Positions 33,624-43,295 of a stretch of DNA of 48,384 bases are shown here, in pieces; positions within the stretch are counted from its first letter, which is position 1, and the number at the start of each line of letters is the position of its first letter. The notes beneath the pieces were generated by a model. That model saw nothing but the letters and a program-made list of their open reading frames with translations. It made no database searches and was not told where the DNA came from. The stretch spans positions 1-48,384 of the IMG/VR virus record IMGVR_UViG_3300027533_000035; one strand, 5' to 3'. The DNA is from a virus (lineage: Duplodnaviria > Caudoviricetes). Made by a program: the position numbers and the translations under genes.

Positions 33624-35570
33624 ATGCCGAGTCTCACGAAGAATATCGGTAAGAACGATCCTCAGCATCAGAAGTTGGTGAAGATGATTAGTTCGCGGCT
33701 GCGGCTCGCCCATAAGGGGCAGCAGGAGCAGCACGATGTCTGGACGAAAGCCGAAGATAACATTCTCGCGTATGTGCCGGAGGTAGAGCTAGATGCGAAA
33801 CGTCGTATCAAAAGGGACCAGGGCGATCCGAAGTACACCACCCTCAAGCTCCCTTATACCTATGCCCTTACGATGGCCGCCCACACGTATCTCACAAGTG
33901 TATTCTTCGGGAGGTCGCCTGTACATCAGTTTGTGGGGCGGCACGGGGAAGCCGAGCAGCAAACGCTTGCGCTCGAAGCGCTGATTAGCTATCAGGTCGA
34001 TGTGGGCGGAATGATGGGACCATACTACCTTTGGTTCTATGACGCCATCAAGTATGGGCTTGGAGTCATTGAGGAATTTTGGGAGGACGAGCAGGTCCAA
34101 TTCGCTTATATCGAAGAAGCGCCGGATCCGATGAACCCGCTGGCGAAGCCGATTAAGCAGCAGACGCGGATACAGATGCCGGGCTATCAGGGGAGCCGGA
34201 TCAGCAACGTCTCGCCGTGGGATGCCTTCCCGGATCCGAGGGTGCAGATCGGGCGGTATCAGGAGGGGGAGTTCTTCTTCTGCCGGAAGTACCTTCCGTG
34301 GAACACGGTGGCGCGGCGGAAGGCGGCTGGCTTCTATATGAACACCGAGCACCTAAAGGGCGGGATGAAAGACTTCGCCACTATCGGAGACACGTCTCAG
34401 CTCACTACGCCCCAGAGTGAGACGCTGTACTCCGGTGATGGAGAGGAGGAAATGAAGGAGCATCCCGCCACCGTTACCGTCTACGAGGGGAGCATTGAGA
34501 TCATTCCGAGCGAATGGAAGCTCGGAGACTCCGATTTTCCGGAGAAGTGGATGTTCACGATCACGGCGGATCTCGCCACGCTGATCGGCGTCCAGCCGCA
34601 CGGAGCGATGCACTGCAAGCACCCCTTTGGGGTGATCGAGACGGAGGTGGAGGCGTATGGGACGTATAACAGAGGGCTCCCGGAGATCATCGAACCGATC
34701 CAAAACACGATGGACTGGCTTATCAACCAACACTTCTACAATGTGCGTGCTTCCCTCAACAACCAATTTATCCTTGATCCTTCTAAGATCGTTACTAAGG
34801 ATGCTGAAACGGCAGGGCCGGGATTTATCTGGCGTCTCAGGCCGGAAGCCTACGGTCAAGATCTTCGGACGTTCTTTCACCAAGTCCCGGTTTCGGATGT
34901 GACGCGCACCCATGTCCAAGACATCCAGACGATGTTCTCCTTCGGCGAGAGGGCGTTCGGCATAAACGATCAGCTCCTGGGAGTGTTGTCGGGCGGAGGG
35001 CGCAAGACCGCGACGGAGGTGCGAACCTCGACCGGATTCGGAGTCAACCGCCAGAAGACGATCGCCGAGTACATCTCGGCGACTGGGTTCGCCCAGCACT
35101 CTCAGAGGCTGGTTCAGCTCTCGCAGCAATACTTCAAGGCGGAGCGGAAGTTTAAGGTGGCGGGCTCGCTGATCCGGGAGATGGGGCAGGCGGAGGCGAT
35201 GAACTTCCTCACCGTGAACCCCGAGGCCATTGCTGGGTTCTACGATTTCGTTCCGGTGGATGGCACGCTGCCCGTCGACAGGATGGCGCTCGCGAATCTC
35301 TGGAAGGAGATCTTGATGCAGATGCGGGGGGTGCCCGGCCTCATCATGCAGTACGACCTCGGGAAGATCTTCGCCCATGTCGCGCAGCTCGCGGGGATCC
35401 GCAATCTGAATCAGTTCAAGATCGAGGTCAACAGCCCAGAGTCTCTGATGCAGCAGGCGGACGCCGGAAATATCGTCCCGATCAGGCCGGGAGCGGGAGG
35501 AGGGGCGCCTTCGAGTCCTGGAGGGAATCCGGCTGGGGTGCCCACGGCGGGTGAAGGGCCGATGATCTGA
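33624..35570 (+). CDS. Portal protein
   Basis: 648 aa after terL; NVSPWDAFPDP and GGRKTATEV portal-type motifs. Confidence 0.85.
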   Translation: MPSLTKNIGKNDPQHQKLVKMISSRLRLAHKGQQEQHDVWTKAEDNILAYVPEVELDAKRRIKRDQGDPKYTTLKLPYTYALTMAAHTYLTSVFFGRSPVHQFVGRHGEAEQQTLALEALISYQVDVGGMMGPYYLWFYDAIKYGLGVIEEFWEDEQVQFAYIEEAPDPMNPLAKPIKQQTRIQMPGYQGSRISNVSPWDAFPDPRVQIGRYQEGEFFFCRKYLPWNTVARRKAAGFYMNTEHLKGGMKDFATIGDTSQLTTPQSETLYSGDGEEEMKEHPATVTVYEGSIEIIPSEWKLGDSDFPEKWMFTITADLATLIGVQPHGAMHCKHPFGVIETEVEAYGTYNRGLPEIIEPIQNTMDWLINQHFYNVRASLNNQFILDPSKIVTKDAETAGPGFIWRLRPEAYGQDLRTFFHQVPVSDVTRTHVQDIQTMFSFGERAFGINDQLLGVLSGGGRKTATEVRTSTGFGVNRQKTIAEYISATGFAQHSQRLVQLSQQYFKAERKFKVAGSLIREMGQAEAMNFLTVNPEAIAGFYDFVPVDGTLPVDRMALANLWKEILMQMRGVPGLIMQYDLGKIFAHVAQLAGIRNLNQFKIEVNSPESLMQQADAGNIVPIRPGAGGGAPSSPGGNPAGVPTAGEGPMI

Positions 35571-35899
35571 TGGTGGACCTCGCGGAGGACGAACGGCAGA
35601 TTGTCAGGCAGGGGCGGTTGTTCCGCGAGCTGCTCGAATCGCCCGGTTGGAAGGAATATGAGAAGCTCATTGCTTCGCACATTGCCTCGCGGCAGAGGGA
35701 GCTGGATGCGCCGATCCTCGTGAAGGATGAGAAGTTTCAAATGATGGATGCGGGGACGAAGTTGGCGATAGGCGAGTCCGTAAAGGGGGCGATTATTGCG
35801 CTGAGGCTCGCGCTTGCTATTCCTGCTGCTACCGTCGAGCAGGCAAAAGAGATAGCGCGTGCTGGAGGGGCGGACGATGATGATGGAGCGGCGCCATGA
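35570..35899 (+). CDS. Small head-module protein
   Basis: Coupled between portal and scaffold; LLESPGW motif. Confidence 0.6.
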   Translation: MVDLAEDERQIVRQGRLFRELLESPGWKEYEKLIASHIASRQRELDAPILVKDEKFQMMDAGTKLAIGESVKGAIIALRLALAIPAATVEQAKEIARAGGADDDDGAAP

Positions 35900-36876
35900 A
35901 ACTCTTTAGCGAAAAGTTCCGACCGATCTTTGCCCCCGAAGGGGGTGAAGGCGCTGCTGCTTCGGACTCGGGTGTCGCAGGATCCCCCAGCACCACCCCA
36001 TCTGGGGCAGCAGATGCCTCGCCGGCTCCCGCCGAAGGCGGGGCGCAATCCACTCCTTCCCCGGCTTCCAAGAGCACCCCGGATTGGTCGGCGCTTGGGA
36101 TGCCGATGGACGATGACGATGACGTCCTGATCGTTCCAGATATTCCAGCTTCAGCTACCCCTCCGGCACCAGAGCCGAAGGCTCCTCCGCAGACGGCCCA
36201 ACCGGCAGCACAGCCTCCGGCGGCCAAACCTGAGGAGGCGTCAAAGGCGCCTGAGCCTTCTCCGCCAACTGCTGCGGCCCCTGCGGCTCAGCAAGCGGCC
36301 GGGAAGGATGACCCCGAAGGACTCGTTGGGCGGTTGTCCGAGCATCGCGAAGCGATTATCGACGGACTGGCGAGCCAACGATTTCAGCTGTCTTCGCAGG
36401 AGATTGATGCCGTCACGGCCGATCCGGCTGCGGCGGTCCCCCGGTTGCTGGCTCGAGCCTTCTTCGAGTCAACGCAAGCGTCGCTGTTGCATATGCAGAA
36501 CTTCGTGCCGAAGCTAGTCGTGCAGCTCATGCGCGATATGAAGGAGCACGATGAAGTGGAAAACCGCTTCTACGGCAACCATAAGCCGCTGGAGAAGCTG
36601 AAGCACGATGCGGACGTCAAGCAGTTCGCACGGGCGTTCCGGGCCGCTAATCCAAAGATTAGCGAAGCGGAGCTGTTCCCGATGGTTGCATATGCGGTAA
36701 TGGCGAAGCATGGGTTGGCCGCAGGACAGGCGCAGCCACAGCCTCCCGTAACAAATGGCCGGGCTCCGGCCGCTCCAGCGTTTGTGCCTGCGAGGCCGGG
36801 CGTTGGGGGAGCGCGCGTTACCGTCTCGGCGGAAGAGGACCCTTGGGCGGGCCTCGGACGCAACTATGACGATTAG
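35896..36876 (+). CDS. Capsid scaffolding protein
   Basis: Acidic/Pro-Ala low-complexity N-terminus with helical core; directly before the capsid gene. Confidence 0.7.
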   Translation: MKLFSEKFRPIFAPEGGEGAAASDSGVAGSPSTTPSGAADASPAPAEGGAQSTPSPASKSTPDWSALGMPMDDDDDVLIVPDIPASATPPAPEPKAPPQTAQPAAQPPAAKPEEASKAPEPSPPTAAAPAAQQAAGKDDPEGLVGRLSEHREAIIDGLASQRFQLSSQEIDAVTADPAAAVPRLLARAFFESTQASLLHMQNFVPKLVVQLMRDMKEHDEVENRFYGNHKPLEKLKHDADVKQFARAFRAANPKISEAELFPMVAYAVMAKHGLAAGQAQPQPPVTNGRAPAAPAFVPARPGVGGARVTVSAEEDPWAGLGRNYDD

Positions 36877-36896
36877 CGGCGCAGAAGGAGAGTAGA

Positions 36897-38150
36897 ATGG
36901 CAGCAGTAGCAGGGCTCCGGGGAACCGGAGATTGGGGTACGGATGAGCGCCCGAAGGACTTTCGGGAAAGCATCCTGTTCTTCTCGCCGAACGGCGATAG
37001 CCCGATCTTTGGGCTGACGAGCAAGGCCGGGAAGAAGAGCGTAACGGATCCGGAGTTCGCGTGGTGGGCAGAATCGAACAATCTGTTCCGCATTCAGGCG
37101 AACGGCGCGATCGGGAGCGGCGACACCACTCTTGTGGTGGACAGCGTGGATCCGACGAGCACCACGATGCACGCACTCTACGGGACGGCAGGACACCTCA
37201 AGGCGGGTGATCTGCTGTTGGTGGAGAAGACGGAGACGGCGACGTTCGATAACGAGATCGTCATGGTGGACACCGTGATGTCGGATACGGCGATCACCAT
37301 CGTCAGGGCGCAGGCCGGGACGACGGCGGCGACTATCGCCGATGACGTGTTCCTGACGCTGATCGGGTCGGCGTATGCGGAAGGTACTGGTGCCCCGAGG
37401 GCGACCAGCAAGAACCCCGTTAAGTTCTCGAACTATATCCAAATCTTCAAGGATAGTTATGAGATTACAGGAACGGCGGACAAGACGGAAGCACGCACTG
37501 GAAGTGCTTGGAGCAACGATAAGAAGCGGAAAAGCTTCAAGCACGCTGGCGATATCGAGTGGAGCATCATGTTCGGACGCAAGTCCGAAGGGACGGGTGA
37601 GAACGGCAAACCGCTCCGGTTTATGGGTGGCTTGCGGGAACAGATTCCGCAGGCTGCGCCGAGTGCGGGTGGGCGGACCACCATCTTCGGTAGTGCGGTG
37701 AGTGCGGCGACCTTCGCCGATGCGGTAGCGCCGGTGTTCGACTTCGACGTGGGCGGCGGTGATACCAGGATCGGCTTCATGGGTAACAAGGCCCGGACGG
37801 AGATGGGCAAGGTTATCCAGGGCACGACGGGTATCCGGATGGAGCTTGGAAGCGTGATCAAGATGTGGGGGATCAACTTCCAGGAGTTCATCATGCCGAT
37901 GGGGAGGCTGCTCTTAAAGAGCCATCCGCTCCTGTCGAGGCATCCCCGGTATAATACTTCGCTGTTCGTGCTGGACTTCGCCGCCATCAAGTACGTCACC
38001 ATGAAGGGGCGTCCGGATGGGAAGTTCAAGGACGACGTGCAGGCGGATGACGAGGACGTGCGGCGCGGCTTCGTTCAGACGGACTGCTCGCTGATGCTGG
38101 ACGGAGGCGGACTGAGCTGCGCCTACGTCGGCAACATTCTCGCGGCCTAA
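36897..38150 (+). CDS. Major capsid protein (DUF5309/SU10-like)
   Basis: Strong RBS; DSPIF...F.WW.E, G.AYAEG, NYIQIF, DIEWSIMFG and RFMGGL patterns. Confidence 0.85.
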   Translation: MAAVAGLRGTGDWGTDERPKDFRESILFFSPNGDSPIFGLTSKAGKKSVTDPEFAWWAESNNLFRIQANGAIGSGDTTLVVDSVDPTSTTMHALYGTAGHLKAGDLLLVEKTETATFDNEIVMVDTVMSDTAITIVRAQAGTTAATIADDVFLTLIGSAYAEGTGAPRATSKNPVKFSNYIQIFKDSYEITGTADKTEARTGSAWSNDKKRKSFKHAGDIEWSIMFGRKSEGTGENGKPLRFMGGLREQIPQAAPSAGGRTTIFGSAVSAATFADAVAPVFDFDVGGGDTRIGFMGNKARTEMGKVIQGTTGIRMELGSVIKMWGINFQEFIMPMGRLLLKSHPLLSRHPRYNTSLFVLDFAAIKYVTMKGRPDGKFKDDVQADDEDVRRGFVQTDCSLMLDGGGLSCAYVGNILAA

Positions 38151-38165
38151 GAGAAAGGGCGCGAA

Positions 38166-38191
38166 GGACGGAGGCAATCCTGCCTCCGTCC
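38166..38191 (+). other. Perfect 11-bp hairpin after the capsid gene (no U-tract)
   Basis: GGACGGAGGCA-ATCC-TGCCTCCGTCC. Confidence 0.55.
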
Positions 38192-38221
38192 TACTGACGA
38201 ACCATAGGGAAGGTCAGTCAA

Positions 38222-38569
38222 ATGGCTAGGACGAATCTCGAAGGTGCGAGGATCAACGACTGCATCCTCCATGCGGGAAACCGCTTTGGAGTGATGATTG
38301 CAGGGACGACGACGACGTTCACGATGGGACCAGACATGCCTCACATGCTGGTGCTGACGCCGACGAATGCGACGAACCTGCTGCTTCCGGCGAGCCCGGC
38401 GCTCGGGGATCACTATATCCTCGTGAACACGGCGGCGTTCGTGATTACGTTGCAGACGAGTGCGGGAGCGGCGCTCTCTCCGGCGATGACGTTCACGCAG
38501 AATGAGATCGCGCAGGTGGTCTACTGCGGAGCGACGCACGGTTGGAAGGCGTTCGTGGGAGTGGTGTAG
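38222..38569 (+). CDS. Putative capsid decoration protein
   Basis: 115-aa beta-rich ORF after the capsid gene (LLLPASP..GD.Y..VN). Confidence 0.55.
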   Translation: MARTNLEGARINDCILHAGNRFGVMIAGTTTTFTMGPDMPHMLVLTPTNATNLLLPASPALGDHYILVNTAAFVITLQTSAGAALSPAMTFTQNEIAQVVYCGATHGWKAFVGVV

Positions 38570-38578
38570 CGGTAAACC

Positions 38579-38610
38579 GGGCGGTGTCCAGTGCAGACAC
38601 CGCCCACTTT
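38579..38610 (+). terminator. Hairpin GGGCGGTGTC-N7-GACACCGCCC + ACTTT (weak terminator and/or operator)
   Basis: Perfect 10-bp inverted repeat; same arms as the copies at 7147 and 22495. Confidence 0.5.
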
Positions 38611-38624
38611 CATGGGGTGCCGCA

Positions 38625-39269
38625 ATGCTCCGAGACACAGCGATAGCGGAGATCCAGCGGGGCCTTGCGTTCCGGACGGATCAATTCGATAATATCGTCC
38701 TCTGCTTGCAGAAGGCCCAGCGGCTGCTGGAGCGGGGCAGGACGCTGCCCTATTTCCTCAAGGAGGAGGACGTTGAGGTCCCGATCCTGACGGGTGCATC
38801 GACGTTTGCGCTTCCGGTGAGATTCCTGCGGGAGGTGGACGACGCCGGGCTGCATACGTTGGATAGCGAGGATCGGAGAGTCTATCTCGAGAAGATGGAC
38901 CACAAGACGGGAGCGCTGCGGTTTCAGGATCCCGATGCGGATGATGGGATGCCGATCGCTTACTCGCTTCTGGTGGACACCGTCCAGTTCTGGCCCGCCA
39001 CGGATGCGGATCGCACTCTGGTTTGGAGCTATTATCAGGGGGCGGAGAGCCTTGCGACGAATATCGAGAACGCTTGGTTGGAGGAGGAGTATGGGGCTCC
39101 GGAGGTGCTGATCGCGCGGGCGGGGATGCTCATGGCCGAAGATCTATTCAATGATGCCGCCTACCAGAAGTTCCAAAGGCAGTTCGTTGAGGCGTATGGG
39201 GGAATGCTGGGAGATACGTTCCAGCGTGAATCGGCGAATTATCCGCTGTATATGGGCGGGAGGCTGTAA
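38625..39269 (+). CDS. Head-tail adaptor (tail tubular A-like)
   Basis: ALPVRFLRE, G.PIAYS, FWPATD and NAWL motifs; position after the head genes. Confidence 0.7.
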   Translation: MLRDTAIAEIQRGLAFRTDQFDNIVLCLQKAQRLLERGRTLPYFLKEEDVEVPILTGASTFALPVRFLREVDDAGLHTLDSEDRRVYLEKMDHKTGALRFQDPDADDGMPIAYSLLVDTVQFWPATDADRTLVWSYYQGAESLATNIENAWLEEEYGAPEVLIARAGMLMAEDLFNDAAYQKFQRQFVEAYGGMLGDTFQRESANYPLYMGGRL

Positions 39270-40351
39270 TGGGGCTCGAAACTGCACCCTTCGTCCAGGA
39301 CTTCGTTATTTCGAATCCGATCTCCGGCGATGATGTCAATCAGGGCGATAACCACCTTCGGCTGATTAAGGAGACGTTGAAGGCGACGTTCCCGACGGCC
39401 ACGAAGGCGATCTATACGTCGCAGGCGAGTGCGAAGGTGGCCTCGTTCTCGGTGGTGGCAGCGGACGAGAACAAGACGTTCATGGTGGACGCCACGGCGG
39501 GAGCGGTGGTGGCGACGCTACCCACGCTCGCTTCGGGCGATCATGGGTGGATGTGCTTCTTCATTAAGATGGACAGCACGAATACCTTCCACATCGTGCC
39601 CGCGAGTGGAAGCGTCTACAGCGGACAGTACACGGTAACGAAGGCGCGGAGGTGTATTCCGGGTATCCGGTTCTCGGCGGCGTGGTCGGGATCGAATTGG
39701 TCGATTGAGCGGTGCGAGAGGAGCCCGATTGGGGCGATAGTGCCCTTCCAGGGGGCGACTACGCCTGCGGGTTATGAGCTGCCATATGGGCAGACGTTGG
39801 CCTCTGCGAGTACGAACTATCAGGAGTTCTATGCGGCGAATGGAAGCAGCGCGGTCGCGTTCGATATGCGCGGACGTGCCCCGTTCGGTAAGTCGAATAT
39901 GGGAGGCAGTGACAACGGGCTGCTTTCGTCGATAACCGGAACGACGCTGGGTAGTATGGGAGGGGCGCAGACGGTCCTGATTGCGAAGGTGAACTTTCCG
40001 AGTGTGGGCACCTTTTCGACGAGCGGCTTTACGTTCACTGGCACTTCTAATCAAGTCACCTCAGGCAACGTCGCGACGGGATATGACCTCGCGCACAGTC
40101 ATGGAGGCTCGGTTGCCCTCAGCTACGACAATACGGCATCTGGTGCGGGCTTTGGGCCTGCTAGCCCTTCGTATGTCGGCCAATCCGCCACGGGACTCTC
40201 TATCAGCAACTCTGGTTCTCTCGACCATGCCCATTACTTCACTTCTTCGGGCTCGATCAATCACGGAACGGCGGCGATTGGAGGCAGCGATACGCCGCTG
40301 AATAAGGTGCCTCCGGCAATCGTTCTGAACTTTATCCTCGTGGTGGAATGA
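39269..40351 (+). CDS. Tail fibre with collar domain
   Basis: N-terminal NP...D....GDNHLRLIK..LKATFP; collar PIGAIVPF.G...PAGY....GQ...DMRGRAPFG; C-terminal VPPAIVLNFI. Confidence 0.8.
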   Translation: MGLETAPFVQDFVISNPISGDDVNQGDNHLRLIKETLKATFPTATKAIYTSQASAKVASFSVVAADENKTFMVDATAGAVVATLPTLASGDHGWMCFFIKMDSTNTFHIVPASGSVYSGQYTVTKARRCIPGIRFSAAWSGSNWSIERCERSPIGAIVPFQGATTPAGYELPYGQTLASASTNYQEFYAANGSSAVAFDMRGRAPFGKSNMGGSDNGLLSSITGTTLGSMGGAQTVLIAKVNFPSVGTFSTSGFTFTGTSNQVTSGNVATGYDLAHSHGGSVALSYDNTASGAGFGPASPSYVGQSATGLSISNSGSLDHAHYFTSSGSINHGTAAIGGSDTPLNKVPPAIVLNFILVVE

Positions 40352-40617
40352 TGGTAGCGAGCGAGACAGTGAAGGGCTTCTTTGGGGCGATGAAGGACCA
40401 GCCGGTCGTCCTCGCGCTCTGCGTGATGAACTTCTCGCTGATCGGTTTGCTCTATTATCAGTCCTCGCTGTTCAATACGCAGAGGCAGGAGAACGTCAAG
40501 CTGTTCATCCAGGTGCAGGGAGAGGTGCAGAAGCTGCTCTCTCAGTGCATTGTTCCTGCGCCGCAGAACCGCTCGAATATGCTGCTGAAGCTGCCTCCGT
40601 ATGCGGAGAAGCAGTGA
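40348..40617 (+). CDS. Single-TM membrane protein (holin/antiholin candidate)
   Basis: TM VVLALCVMNFSLIGLLYY; immediately before the endolysin. Confidence 0.5.
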   Translation: MMVASETVKGFFGAMKDQPVVLALCVMNFSLIGLLYYQSSLFNTQRQENVKLFIQVQGEVQKLLSQCIVPAPQNRSNMLLKLPPYAEKQ

Positions 40618-41309
40618 TGGCGAGGAAGGCGAAAGCGACTGAACAGTTGCTGGAACAGGTCAATGAGGCCGCTCCGGGTCGCAGCAAGCAGTCGGATGGG
40701 TGGATCGGTGACGAGGCGCACCGGGATCGCAAGAGCGACCACAACCCCAACGTCAAGGGAGTGGTGCAGGCGATGGACTTCACGCATGACCCAGCGGGCG
40801 GCTGCGATTCGTATAAGCTCGCAGAAGCGCTGCGGACGCGGAAAGATCCTCGAATTAAGAACGTCATAAGCAATCATCGGATCTTCGCTGGCGAAGCCGG
40901 GCCGAACCCTTGGTTGTGGAGGAAGTACACCGGCACGAATCCGCACAGCCTTCACGTTCACGTCAGCGTTGTGGACGATCCGAAGCTCTATGATGATGAG
41001 TCGGAATGGGATCTGGGGCAGGCTGCATTCGTCCCCGACATGACTGCTACGCCAATCGACCTCCCAAGGTTGCGCGTGGGCAGCAAAGGCTTCTATGTCG
41101 AGATGATGCAGACCTGCCTTCACTTGCCCGACCGCGAGCGGGACGGCGAGTACGGCAAGGAAACGAAGATTGCGGTCCAGCAGTTCCAGCGGGATCACCG
41201 GCTCGAAGATGATGGCATCGTTGGGCCGTACACCTGGAAGGAGCTGCTGAGGCCGTGGGCGGAGGAGGTTGAGCTGGTTGAGCGGACGCCGCCGCCGAAG
41301 GTGGCGTGA
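40617..41309 (+). CDS. Endolysin: Zn-peptidase (M15/LAS-like) domain + peptidoglycan-binding domain
   Basis: DGWIGD..H...SDHNP...AMD...NPH..HVHVS; C-terminal LRVGSKG..V..MQ...DGEYG..T..AV..FQ..H.L..DGIVGP.TW. Confidence 0.8.
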   Translation: MARKAKATEQLLEQVNEAAPGRSKQSDGWIGDEAHRDRKSDHNPNVKGVVQAMDFTHDPAGGCDSYKLAEALRTRKDPRIKNVISNHRIFAGEAGPNPWLWRKYTGTNPHSLHVHVSVVDDPKLYDDESEWDLGQAAFVPDMTATPIDLPRLRVGSKGFYVEMMQTCLHLPDRERDGEYGKETKIAVQQFQRDHRLEDDGIVGPYTWKELLRPWAEEVELVERTPPPKVA

Positions 41310-41512
41310 TGGCGAGTCGAACGAAGCTCATGGCGGCACTAGACGAAGCGGTGGCGCAGCAGTTCTGTGGACTGTTCCAAGTGCTGTATCTGGCCCCAAA
41401 GGGCGAAGAAGATGTGTCGCTGGAGAGGTTTGCACGGGGGGTGCAGAAGCTGCTTGAGAAGGAACACGAAGCGGCTGAAGTTGTCGGTTCCATAGAGGAG
41501 GCTTCGAAATGA
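41306..41512 (+). CDS. Small hypothetical protein
   Basis: Coupled ORF in the lysis cluster. Confidence 0.5.
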   Translation: MMASRTKLMAALDEAVAQQFCGLFQVLYLAPKGEEDVSLERFARGVQKLLEKEHEAAEVVGSIEEASK

Positions 41513-41712
41513 TGAACGCAATCATCGAACTGATTATTGTTCTACTGATCTGCGGCTTCATCTATTGGGTGGTCTTGAAGCTGCTGCCACTCGCCCCGAT
41601 TGCTGAGCCTTTCATGACGTGGATTAACGTCTTGATTATTATCTTGATTGGGGCGATCGTCCTGTTCTATGCGATCATTCCACTCCTTCGGATGCTTCCG
41701 AGGGCGCTGTAA
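41509..41712 (+). CDS. Two-TM membrane protein (holin candidate)
   Basis: Two long hydrophobic helices; RBS GAGGAGG; Met-Met start. Confidence 0.6.
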   Translation: MMNAIIELIIVLLICGFIYWVVLKLLPLAPIAEPFMTWINVLIIILIGAIVLFYAIIPLLRMLPRAL

Positions 41713-43295
41713 TGCCCCTGATCGAAATCAACGACCTGGATCGGTTCGGCGTCATCAAGGACGTTGTGCCGTACATGATGCCGCCCGAAGCGTTCTCGCA
41801 GGGGCTGAACGTCCGTATCCAAGATGGGGGGATTGAGCGGCTGGAGGGGAAGGCCCAGGTGTTCGGGACGCCCCCGATTGCGCCTCACTTTGCGATAGCG
41901 ATCGCCAGCACGTCTCAGGTGTATTGGCTCTATGTCGACCTCACGAAAGCCTATGTCTATGACGGCAGCGCGCATACGAATATCACCCGGCAGACGGCGG
42001 GCGTGGATGTGAACTACACGGCGGCGGTTACGCGGGAGTGGAATGGCTGCCTCCTGGGCGGGGTGCCGCTCTTGAACAACGGCACCGATCTGCCGCAGTA
42101 TTGGCCTCTCCTCGATATTACGGTCAATCTGGCGAATCTGGCGAACTGGCCCACAACCGCGAGGACGAAGATCCTTCGCAGCTACGGGCCGTATCTCGTT
42201 GCACTCAATGTGACGAAGTCGTCGGTGAACTACCCCCACATGGTTAAGTGGAGTCATCCGGCTGATCCTGGCGGCATTCCGATAAGCTGGGACGAGACGG
42301 ACCCGACGAAGGATGCTGGCGAGTACGATCTCCCAGACGCTCATGCAGGAGTGATCGTTGAGGGGGGCGGCCTCCGAGACCACTTCTTTGTCTTCAAAGA
42401 GGGCAGCGTATGGAGGATGGCGATCACCGGCTCAAGCGCCATCTTCGATTTTGAGGTCTTCCTCGAAACCACCGGCATCCTGACGCAGAGATGCGTCGCT
42501 TACACCAGCGATGGCATGAGGCAGGTGTTCGCTTCGCAGGATGATATTCTTGTCCACAACGGGAACACGGCGGAGAGCATTCTGGATCGCCGGATGCGCC
42601 GTTATCTGTTCAATCAGATCTCCACGAGCGGTTACCGCAACTGCTTCATGTTCACGAATCCGTTCAAGGATGAAGTCTGGTTCTGCTATCCGGAGAACGG
42701 CTTCACGAATCCGAACAAGGCGCTCATATGGAATTATCGGGAGGGCGAAAAGGGGGCGATCACGGAGGCGGATATTGACTTCCGCAACGCCGCGCCCGGC
42801 ACTATCGAGGGCGCGGCTGCCGATACCTGGGACAGCGTCTCGGGAACGTGGGACACCTATGTGGGGGCGTGGTCGATTGCTGCTCGCCGCAAGGTACTCT
42901 GCTGCGCGACGGACAGCACGAAGTTCCTCCAGCTCGACGTTGGGGCGACCAACGATGGTGCGCTGTTCTCGGCCCTGTTGCAGCGAGAAGGACTCTCGGT
43001 TGAGGGCAGGAAGCGGGGAGGGGATTGGATCGTCGACTTCACCTCCCAGAAGCTGGTGACGCGCGTGTACTTCAAGATCGAAGGGGGGCCGGTGTTGATC
43101 CGGCTCGGCTTCCAGGATCTCGTGGATGGGCCGGTGACTTGGTCCACGGAGCAGTCGTTCGATCCGGCGACGCAAATGTGGTTGGATTTTGCGGGGACGG
43201 GGAAGGCGATTGCGATTCAGTTTGCGAGCACGGCGTCTGTGCCGTGGAAACTGCTCGGCTATAAGCTCGAAATGGCAATGGTGTCGAGGTTCTGA
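41712..43295 (+). CDS. Tail nozzle/stabilization protein (tubular B or P22 gp10-like)
   Basis: 527 aa beta-propeller-like; GV.KD..P..MPPEAFS...NVR, VKWS...DP..W and EVWFCYP. Confidence 0.75.
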   Translation: MPLIEINDLDRFGVIKDVVPYMMPPEAFSQGLNVRIQDGGIERLEGKAQVFGTPPIAPHFAIAIASTSQVYWLYVDLTKAYVYDGSAHTNITRQTAGVDVNYTAAVTREWNGCLLGGVPLLNNGTDLPQYWPLLDITVNLANLANWPTTARTKILRSYGPYLVALNVTKSSVNYPHMVKWSHPADPGGIPISWDETDPTKDAGEYDLPDAHAGVIVEGGGLRDHFFVFKEGSVWRMAITGSSAIFDFEVFLETTGILTQRCVAYTSDGMRQVFASQDDILVHNGNTAESILDRRMRRYLFNQISTSGYRNCFMFTNPFKDEVWFCYPENGFTNPNKALIWNYREGEKGAITEADIDFRNAAPGTIEGAAADTWDSVSGTWDTYVGAWSIAARRKVLCCATDSTKFLQLDVGATNDGALFSALLQREGLSVEGRKRGGDWIVDFTSQKLVTRVYFKIEGGPVLIRLGFQDLVDGPVTWSTEQSFDPATQMWLDFAGTGKAIAIQFASTASVPWKLLGYKLEMAMVSRF

